From: Ostreococcus lucimarinus
Taxonomy: Eukaryota
DNA: 64,000 nucleotides
Reading direction: 5' to 3' (one strand)
Assembly (NCBI GenBank): GCA_000092065.1
Contig: CP000582.1
Numbering within the stretch: the stretch's first letter is position 1; the number at the start of each line of letters is the position of its first letter. Below the pieces are notes generated by a model, which was not told where the DNA came from, did no database searches, and was given only the letters and a program-made list of their open reading frames with translations. Shown in pieces: positions 54,601-58,074 of the stretch. Both the position numbers and the translations under genes were made by a program.

Positions 54601-56623
54601 AGGTACTTCGCTGGGAGATCCGATAGAGGTCGGCGCCGCGCTTGAGGTTCTCGCGCCGCCGACGCGCGCGGACCGGGCGCCGTCCAGGCCCCCCGCGCTC
54701 ACGCTTGAGGGCGTGAAGCCACGCGCTGGCCACTGCGAACCAGGGGCTGGCGCGGTTGGGTTGCTGTTTGCGATGGCAAACTTGACGGAGCGAGCCGTCG
54801 CGTCCCTCGTCCACCTGCGCCAGCTCAACCCTCACGTCGAGGCCGCGACGCGCCGAAACGCACCGTCGCCGCATGCGCGCGCGCCGGTGCTCGCGCGACA
54901 AGGCATGCCGCGACCGGATGACGGCGCGTCTGAGGCTGGAGCAGCGGACGCTGCTCGAGCGCGCGTGCGGCGATCCGGCGTGAGCGGCTTCGCGTTCCAG
55001 GGCACAAACGCGCACGCAATCATGGCCCGGGGACCCGGACAGGCGACTGCGCCCGGGTACACGGGAAGCACGCACACGGCGGCGCGTGCGTGGGAGCGTC
55101 AGCGCCACTGGTGCGCGCCAGAACGGCACTGCCTCATCGAGTCCGTGCGCGCTCTTCATCCTCGCGAGGGAGACTCGAGCGCGTTGGCGCGGTCGTGCGT
55201 GCGCCTGTGTCGGTCCGCGTCGCTCGCTGGCATGCTTGATCACGCCATCGGGCTCCGGACGCTACTACCAGGCACAGCGCACGTCGAGATATGTCGAGCC
55301 ATGGCGGGCGCGCTGGCAGACCAGCCGCTCGCCGACATCTCGCTGTCGCACGTATCTTTTGCAGCGCCCCTCGAGCTTCGAGCGCCGACGACCGACGTGC
55401 TGTGCGACGTCACGCCGCAAGGCGTGGCCCGCGTGGGCGTGCGCGTGTCGTCGTCCTCTGCCGCCGCGCCGTTCCTCGCGGGCGCGCTCAGCCGCAGAAG
55501 CGCCTCAAGAATTACTGCGTCTCCGGCGCACCTCTCGCGAGGACCGGCGATGCCCGCGCTGGACGTGCAGCCTTGTGTTCACGGCGCGAGCTGGCTGCGC
55601 TCGTCGCAGCGACGAGGCCCGGGCGCGGAGCACCGCGTGTACGGCGACATACGCGCGCGTCAGATGTCCACGCTGTCGGCTGCGGCGTATCACTCGCCGC
55701 CCGCAGTGCTCGATGCCGCGCTGCACGCGCTCAGCGCGTGCGCGCCGCCGCCGGGTAGCGATGCGACAGAAGAGAGCCCGCACGTCCCGGCCACGATCGG
55801 CGGCGTCCGCACGCGAGGCGGGCACTCGGACATGTACCGCGCCCGGTTCGCGCTCGCGACGGCTCCGCCTGAGCGCGGGGAGCGGAACGCGTCCACGCGC
55901 AGATCTCGTCACCACCTGTGGGACTGGTCGAGTCTTTCGGCGGCGCATCGAGGGTGCGTGGTGCACGCGCTGGAGTCTCGACGACTCGGTGGCCTCACGA
56001 CGAATTCATTTTATCATAGCTTTACGTCTACGCAGGCATATAAGTTGGCTCATATTCCACGGCCAGACATCCTATCGCAGTCTTTCACTTCAATGAAGAC
56101 TATAAATGCTGTCGACAAAGCTAGCAGCACATTTACAGAACGCAGTAGTGATGCGATGGAAATTGTTAACGCCGTGCAACGCGAGATTTTGGAAATTTTA
56201 TCAACATTAACGACCAGTCCTGTAAGTTTAGATGATACACTTGCGAGCCACGGATTGGACTCACTGGGCATTGCATATTTTTTTATTCAAGTTGGCAAAC
56301 GGTTCAATGTTGAAGTGACTGTTGACAGTCTTGGCACGAACACCACAGTCAGTAGTATAGTGCATCAGATATCACAGATGCTTAGTGCAAGGGTGATTTT
56401 CCTACACACCAAGGACCTGGTGCGCGAGCGAAAAGCCGACAGCTCCTCAAGAAGAGGAAGGAGCACTGCGATCACATCGATGGTGTCTGCATACCGTCGA
56501 CACTTGCAGTCAACTGAATTCGAGCCCAAAGCCTGTTTTGCAAGAGGCGTACTTGCTTGCGCAATATTTACTATATTTATCATTGCGTACGGATATCACG
56601 CACACAGATTCGACATGTTTTAG
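42647..56623 (+). CDS. Giant modular type I polyketide synthase, apparently AT-less: (N-term unknown)-KS-DH-KR-ACP-KS-DH-KR-ACP-KS-DH(truncated)-KS-DH-ACP-TM helix; 4658 aa, single ORF
   Basis: 4x KS (DTACSSSL Cys, HGTGT, G-H). 4x DH-like (LLDHRVADMHLMP / MLDHA[VI]GLRTLLP, plus NPCIQDASLQ / AVLDAALHA). 2x KR (VFVTGGLGALGQ ... GQCNYSAANAALDA). 3x ACP (EEGLDSLAAVEL x2, SHGLDSLGIAYF). I could find no GHSxG/AFHS acyltransferase signature, and the KS-to-DH linkers are only ~28 aa. The first in-frame Met is 42647; a later Met start is possible. Confidence 0.9.
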   Translation: MTYDIVLQRFTPTSQGPTTPYPCAIKANSKWKLVRLKRLALERFRCPMLTRHKPESVQNGTPRNESRMSNLDTRAMSNPYFQVGRWDCTDELEGCQFSAPHTSVSVPNFEEIQTLHYTCVYEVAITCTQRHDMHNDEFAHVLSSVIELANRVDLTRLRQHHSIDNFATHVLTFRFILDLLRQTYQEYIKGSIENNSFEHVEFTFNNCMDGTHGMATCFKPNKKHSHLCYILDISQAERSCNGRTDDTKCVHDKITMNDRVLSAAKIPDNAVNKQFSASILNDVYGFDSSLFHISQSETLCMDPQQRLLLLAAADLYLSNTRVCQHDDSFCVHVGVSWNDFEEIRRKYSADFFSTYDSTGTSISVASGRIAYYFDFKGCAVTIDTACSSSLVALHQSMYAAGSLRESSALVCGINLILTTTMTHRFQLAGMMSSEHRCMTFDARADGYVRSEACNIVLLHFNGFTKTHRNVLRHDVHMSCVVNQDGTSTGLTAPNGTAQRNLMNELLSDVYNPSKHVGAKIHAHGTGTPLGDPIEVFAINSALSFSSLCRLYVSEKSMRGHTEPASGLCSTILAFVSGAQCKLHGQPHLQQLNNHILTSVDESIFQRSLHSSFPLTSMASVTTVSSFAFQGTNAMASLTYIDKCSIRVIRNTSGLRSLVKLETESPVRLPYTFSCLSIVNGKMIQLTSMIHDKTLKRLLDHRVADMHLMPATGHLELERELTKCALVRNEPYLLTKIAFMLPLKLDESNQLITEMNTHGRLRVGCGSGISNYWCSTARLQIPVGRAWCTDRTFYLTSKLVSRRFKGATATIAGTTPILDSQNVVNPCIQDASLQCSAYVLNTSAFASDTTYMDCVSLLKLPTTIQDVIVVNQTGKILVRSTHVDMLQKTQHVTESNNSVTSNSSSNNKTQTWIHRLLCKVSTVRMKAGLRTRTCLELARLLYHARQQRVLISNMQNLREVGSLHAPELMPIMREMGRKSMQDINSASASLCAVALLQACGARARVSGAHVRANDIVHEDASAAPAVCGSCVRATVQSSAQERSEPLVLSVASAPHTAPARALRSIAAGASIAGALCVERLLPAFGRRTPAASRDGAATTTASPAPKVSSVFVTGGLGALGQTSAAWYAHRGVRHAYLTGRRGRGESLLLRWSSRGGTDVSALHVLRVDACATDEASYGGARAHARVRAHGVLHAGGVLRDSLTARQSASAHRYVWSSKVVSAHALLRQCVGVERGARHIALFSSVAALLGSPGQCNYSAANAALDARAAHEWCRGYAVQSVQWGAWDGAGMALTNASVLRNARTTGIGVLDPQAGLGAVHVALQGASVTGRWRAIQGVLAVVPFQWSVLARAQRSRALIAEYRAESARSSAPVAVHPGAEEDAARDVSDESVRQIVASAVTRALGRDVSVDASLMEEGLDSLAAVELGGALQKETGVNMPATLAFDYPTITAISGYLKGAMLARSRARQSSGAASSAARTRAASGAVAHSRDSMPGIASNAREILGLAPVVMAIRRSVRRLDADDREPKPARHGGSALFSSFVRCVMAERASEDRFDTPSLGRQPSATARVVSLTKARDFTTQALDSMPKCNEIELSVVSAVSSKASGAHDAVRVNNMRHACGEVCDPQSSKSHEFVARRLVQFGYFIERSLFDGEQFSVTAHEARLMDPQQRVLLENALAATSATPHSAPKPATAVSVGAWTSQYADMCRVYEPTPGPYSGVASALSVLCGRVSYTFGMRGPSVCVDTACSSSLVAAHVASSHLRDGSCEDALVAGVSVNVGIGTFLVATAASMLSFDGRCKTLDASADGYAKGECCVVLRVSVDGASAGAPKAPDLPNAESPSLALLEQTGVNQDGRSSSLTAPNGPSQQALVADALLRSGLHGDALGRLEMHGTGTSLGDPIEVGAALEVLAPPTRADRAPSRGPALTLEGVKPRAGHCEPGAGAVGLLFAMANLTERAVASLVHLRQLNPHVEAATRRNAPSPHARAPVLARQGMPRPDDGASEAGAADAARARVRRSGVSGFAFQGTNAHAIMARGPGQATAPGYTGSTHTAARAWERQRHWCAPERHCLIESVRALHPREGDSSALARSCVRLCRSASLAGMLDHAVGLRTLLPGTAHVEICRAMAGALADQPLADISLSHVSFAAPLELRAPTTDVLCDVTPQGVARVGVRVSSSSAAAPFLAGALSRRSASRITASPAHLSRGPAMPALDVQPCVHGASWLRSSQRRGPGAEHRVYGDIRARQMSTLSAAAYHSPPAVLDAALHALSACAPPPGSDATEESPHVPATIGGVRTRGGHSDIYRARFALATAPPERGERNASTRRSRHHLWDWSSLSAAHRGCVVHALESRRLGGAAVVRSRAQQRSRAPPPRRAAAPRVLYGVGQQRACGAADGQGARRRSTLNSQCFVDDASHRRELMETHASPSIAQGSTRSSTRASLCAVALLQACGARARVSGAHVRANDIVHEDASAAPAVCGSCVRATVQSSAQERSEPLVLSVASAPHTAPARALRSIAAGASIAGALCVERLLPTFGRRTPAASRDGAATTTASPAPKVSSVFVTGGLGALGQTSAAWYAHRGVRHAYLTGRRGRGESLLLRWSSRGGTDVSALHVLRVDACATDEASYGGARAHARVRAHGVLHAGGVLRDSLTARQSASAHRYVWSSKVVSAHALLRQCVGVERGARHIALFSSVAALLGSPGQCNYSAANAALDARAAHEWCRGYAVQSVQWGAWDGAGMALTNASVLRNARTTGIGVLDPQAGLGAVHVALQGASVTGRWRAIQGVLAVVPFQWSVLARAQRSRALIAEYRAESARSSAPVAVHPGAEEDAARDVSDESVRQIVASAVTRALGRDVSVDASLMEEGLDSLAAVELGGALQKETGVNMPATLAFDYPTITAISGYLKGAMLARSRARQSSGAASSAARTRAASGAVAHSRRTTITQLPRLRLSYVPHEVSRRTTLGISGQYSHELRHFSSAGPSTSNFEGVLFVRIHNSTKPLPVHPYFIGNFLRCDELEFGLFGAPHSEWTTLDARQILLIESVHTIQLNNSSDVSLRTLETTAVLVGAQAVDSTDEHSVEIQYNAYSGVASALSVLCGRVSYTFGMRGPSVCVDTACSSSLVAAHVASSHLRDGSCEDALVAGVSVNVGIGTFLVATAASMLSFDGRCKTLDASADGYAKGECCVVLRVSVDGASAGAPKAPDLPNAESPSLALLEQTGVNQDGRSSSLTAPNGPSQQALVADALLRSGLHGDALGRLEMHGTGTSLGDPIEVGAALEVLAPPTRADRAPSRGPALTLEGVKPRAGHCEPGAGAVGLLFAMANLTERAVASLVHLRQLNPHVEAATRRNAPSPHARAPVLARQGMPRPDDGASEAGAADAARARVRRSGVSGFAFQGTNAHAIMARGPGQATAPGYTGSTHTAARAWERQRHWCAPERHCLIESVRALHPREGDSSALARSCVRLCRSASLAGMLDHAIGLRTLLPGTAHVEICRAMAGALADQPLADISLSHVSFAAPLELRAPTTDVLCDVTPQGVARVGVRVSSSSAAAPFLAGALSRRSASRITASPAHLSRGPAMPALDVQPCVHGAIRRSVRRLDADDREPKPARHGGSALFSSFVRCVMAERASEDRFDTPSLGRQPSATARVVSLTKARDFTTQALDSMPKCNEIELSVVSAVSSKASGAHDAVRVNNMRHACGEVCDPQSSKSHEFVARHLVQFGYFIERSLFDGEQFSVTAHEARLMDPQQRVLLENALAATSATPHSAPKPATAVSVGAWTSQYADMCRVYEPTPGPYSGVASALSVLCGRVSYTFGMRGPSVCVDTACSSSLVAAHVASSHLRDGSCEDALVAGVSVNVGIGTFLVATAASMLSFDGRCKTLDASADGYAKGECCVVLRVSVDGASAGAPKAPDLPNAESPSLALLEQTGVNQDGRSSSLTAPNGPSQQALVADALLRSGLHGDALGRLEMHGTGTSLGDPIEVGAALEVLAPPTRADRAPSRPPALTLEGVKPRAGHCEPGAGAVGLLFAMANLTERAVASLVHLRQLNPHVEAATRRNAPSPHARAPVLARQGMPRPDDGASEAGAADAARARVRRSGVSGFAFQGTNAHAIMARGPGQATAPGYTGSTHTAARAWERQRHWCAPERHCLIESVRALHPREGDSSALARSCVRLCRSASLAGMLDHAIGLRTLLPGTAHVEICRAMAGALADQPLADISLSHVSFAAPLELRAPTTDVLCDVTPQGVARVGVRVSSSSAAAPFLAGALSRRSASRITASPAHLSRGPAMPALDVQPCVHGASWLRSSQRRGPGAEHRVYGDIRARQMSTLSAAAYHSPPAVLDAALHALSACAPPPGSDATEESPHVPATIGGVRTRGGHSDMYRARFALATAPPERGERNASTRRSRHHLWDWSSLSAAHRGCVVHALESRRLGGLTTNSFYHSFTSTQAYKLAHIPRPDILSQSFTSMKTINAVDKASSTFTERSSDAMEIVNAVQREILEILSTLTTSPVSLDDTLASHGLDSLGIAYFFIQVGKRFNVEVTVDSLGTNTTVSSIVHQISQMLSARVIFLHTKDLVRERKADSSSRRGRSTAITSMVSAYRRHLQSTEFEPKACFARGVLACAIFTIFIIAYGYHAHRFDMF
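43480..44560 (+). other. PKS KS1 domain (AT-moderate composition)
   Basis: FDSSLFHISQSETLCMDPQQRLLL; TIDTACSSSLVALHQS (Cys codon near 43801); HAHGTGTPLGDPIE; SMRGHTEPASG; SSFAFQGTNAMASL. Confidence 0.85.
44600..45290 (+). other. PKS DH1 domain (AT-moderate composition)
   Basis: LLDHRVADMHLMPATGHLE (the HxxxGxxxxP variant with D) and NPCIQDASLQ (the DxxxQ motif). Confidence 0.65.
45960..46560 (+). other. PKS KR1 catalytic subdomain (GC-rich, repeat A copy 1)
   Basis: VFVTGGLGALGQTSAAWYAHRG; FSSVAALLGSPGQCNYSAANAALDA. Confidence 0.8.
46817..47013 (+). other. PKS ACP1
   Basis: VRQIVASAVTRALG..SLMEEGLDSLAAVELGGALQ..LAFDYPTITAISGYL. Confidence 0.85.
47560..48757 (+). other. PKS KS2 (GC-rich, repeat B copy 1)
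   Basis: FDGEQFSVTAHEARLMDPQQRVLLE; VCVDTACSSSLVAAHVA; EMHGTGTSLGDPIE; PRAGHCEPGAG; SGFAFQGTNAHAIM. Confidence 0.85.
48840..49726 (+). other. PKS DH2 (complete)
   Basis: MLDHAVGLRTLLPGTAHVE and YHSPPAVLDAALHALS. Confidence 0.65.
49976..51486 (+). repeat. PKS intragenic repeat A, copy 2
   Basis: See copy 1. Confidence 0.92.
50331..51384 (+). other. PKS KR2 + ACP2 (repeat A copy 2, offset +4371 from KR1/ACP1)
   Basis: Translation is identical to KR1/ACP1 except for LLPAFG->LLPTFG upstream. Confidence 0.85.
51684..52885 (+). other. PKS KS3, chimeric: divergent AT-moderate N-terminal part (to 51928) fused in-frame to GC-rich repeat B from 51929
   Basis: HPYFIGNFLRCDELEFGLFGAPHSEWTTLDARQILLIESV aligns with FGYFIERSLFDGEQFSVTAHEARLMDPQQRVLLENA of KS2/KS4. 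From Y|SGVASALS onward the sequence is identical to KS2/KS4. Confidence 0.8.
51929..53448 (+). repeat. PKS intragenic repeat B, partial copy 2 (1520 bp, from mid-KS to mid-DH)
   Basis: See copy 1. Both ends fall inside domains. Confidence 0.92.
52968..53448 (+). other. PKS DH3, truncated after the first half at the repeat junction (lacks the LDAALH half)
   Basis: MLDHAIGLRTLLP is present. At ..QPCVHGA|IRRSVRRLD the sequence jumps directly into the inter-module linker of repeat B copy 3. Confidence 0.7.
53447..55993 (+). repeat. PKS intragenic repeat B, copy 3
   Basis: See copy 1. It abuts partial copy 2 with a 2-bp microhomology (gc). Confidence 0.92.
53827..55993 (+). other. PKS KS4 + DH4 (repeat B copy 3, offset +6267 from KS2/DH2)
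   Basis: The motifs are the same as in KS2/DH2. Substitutions seen: ARRLVQ->ARHLVQ, SRGPAL->SRPPAL, DHAVG->DHAIG, HSDIY->HSDMY. Confidence 0.85.
56154..56385 (+). other. PKS terminal ACP3 (AT-moderate composition)
   Basis: AMEIVNAVQREILEIL..LDDTLASHGLDSLGIAYFFIQVGKRF..IVHQISQML. Confidence 0.8.
56531..56600 (+). other. C-terminal hydrophobic helix of the PKS (putative membrane anchor)
   Basis: ACFARGVLACAIFTIFIIAYGY is followed by HAHRFDMF and the stop. No thioesterase or reductase release domain is present. Confidence 0.5.
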
Positions 56624-56726
56624 TTACCAACGTCACGGCGGTAGGCTCATTGCCCTTGTAATTCAACTCCGTTCTCAAAAAGTTGTCTGTTAAGTACTTT
56701 GAGCACTGTTCAGCTCTCACCGCTGA

Positions 56727-56795
56727 CTCCCGACAGGAGTTAGCTAAAACTCCTGACAGGAGTTAGCTAAAACTCCTGACAGGAGTTAGCGAAAG
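56727..56795 (+). repeat. 3 x 23-bp tandem repeat, each unit = 13-bp palindrome CTCCTGaCAGGAG + 8-bp palindrome TTAGCTAA + AA
   Basis: Direct reading: ctcccgacaggagttagctaaaa / ctcctgacaggagttagctaaaa / ctcctgacaggagttagcgaaag. The array ends 3 nt before the ATG at 56799. Confidence 0.9.
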
Positions 56796-56798
56796 GTG

Positions 56799-57677
56799 AT
56801 GCCGAGGCGCACATCATTAGCCAACGGCAGCTCGCTGTACGACGGGTTGCGATTTAAGTCGAGCGGGTTCAAGCGTTCGGGCAGGAAAGTGAACTTTTAC
56901 ACGTGTAGTACGATCGACGACTCGGACAGAAACGCGTCCTCGACGGGGAGATGCACGTTCGAGGCGGAGATCCGGCACAGAGCCGCGACGGACGAGTACT
57001 TCATCACCAAGTACGTCGGCCATTCGTTCGGTTGCACCGCGCTCTCGCCCCACATCGACGGGGAAACGCGAGCCGAGCTCGTCGATGACGTGCAAATGCA
57101 AGCCATATCCCTGCAACGAGGTCGCGTCGCTGTACAATCGTGTATCGATTACGTGTTCCGGCGCTACTCGTACGTCGTCGACGAAGCGCCGGCTGCGTCG
57201 TTACTTCAGTGCGTGCGGCGACGAAGTTCGGTGGCCACTCGCAGAGAGGCTCTTAAGCGCTTCGCTCAGACGAAAGTGCGATCGAAATTACAGGGCGAAC
57301 TCATGACCTGCATCGCGCACTCGCGCCAAGTCATAACCTCGTTGAGCCTGACCGAACGCCCGACGTCACGCGACATTCGAAAGTATTATCATGTGTTCGG
57401 ATTGCTGCACACGCACTGCAGTCGTCTTCCGGAGTTCGACTCGCTCGCAACCGTATGGATGGCCGCAGATACGACTAGCAGCGCCGCGCTCATTCATGCG
57501 CTCGAGCTCGGCATCAAAAAATTCGACAACGCACTGCGCACCGTTCGCCCCGCGACTGCCTCACAAACTGAAGCCTTGCACAACGCTCACGGCCATCTTC
57601 CTCCTTACGATCTCAGTGAAGCCGAGGCGTTGACGGCTCTTCGTAGTATAGCGCGTTCTGCCCAAACACGTTCGTAG
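56799..57677 (+). CDS. GC-rich intronless orphan protein with N-terminal WRKY/FLYWCH/FAR1-like zinc-finger signature (possibly transposon-derived)
   Basis: YDGLRFKSSGFKRSGRKVNFYTCS...GRCTFEAEIRH...YFITKYVGHSFGC fits the beta-strand C..C...H.(H/C) pattern of WRKY-GCM1 superfamily DNA-binding domains. The rest of the protein has no recognisable family. An imperfect hairpin lies at 57690-57714, just after the stop. Confidence 0.4.
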   Translation: MPRRTSLANGSSLYDGLRFKSSGFKRSGRKVNFYTCSTIDDSDRNASSTGRCTFEAEIRHRAATDEYFITKYVGHSFGCTALSPHIDGETRAELVDDVQMQAISLQRGRVAVQSCIDYVFRRYSYVVDEAPAASLLQCVRRRSSVATRREALKRFAQTKVRSKLQGELMTCIAHSRQVITSLSLTERPTSRDIRKYYHVFGLLHTHCSRLPEFDSLATVWMAADTTSSAALIHALELGIKKFDNALRTVRPATASQTEALHNAHGHLPPYDLSEAEALTALRSIARSAQTRS

Positions 57678-58074
57678 CGAAGCTTCTTTGTTAAAGATGT
57701 CAAACATCGTTAACTATGTCATCTTTCCATAGTTTAAACCTCGTTTGCCTTTTTCACCATCAAGCGAAGCGAACCTATTGGATTTCACAACCCTCGTTGA
57801 CGTGTCACTTGAGGTCCAGCTCAGCTCGCCGTCATCGTCAGGACGCGGAAGAATCACACTGCGTTGCGCGCTGACCGGACTTCAAGAGCAAGAACAAAAT
57901 TGGTCGCTAATCCACAGCCAGTGCAACGATAGCAGTACAGTTCCTCTCTTCCGACAGCTCTGGTGTGTTTCCCAGCTCATGCCTGGCTCAGAGCCGCCGC
58001 CCACCATGGACCGGACGGACATAGCCACGTCTAGAAAACTCAGCCCGGAAGGCACGAGTCAAGGCGACCGTGAA

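Noticed and set aside
45578-56096. Dozens of long ORFs (up to 366 aa) in other frames and on the minus strand across the PKS repeats. Many are Arg/Ala/Pro-rich and occur in 2-3 near-identical copies, e.g. 49872..50897 (-), 48029..48976 (-) and 48819..49919 (+).
   Set aside because: They lie in a very GC-rich stretch where stop codons are rare in every frame. They have low-complexity Arg-rich translations with no domain signatures. The + frame of 42647..56623 carries complete KS/DH/KR/ACP motifs. Their duplication simply mirrors the DNA repeats.
56727-56795. The tandem 23-bp repeats, considered as a possible CRISPR-like array.
   Set aside because: The units are directly adjacent with no spacers. 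There are only three copies. The context is eukaryotic (spliceosomal introns, eukaryote-specific genes) and there are no cas genes.
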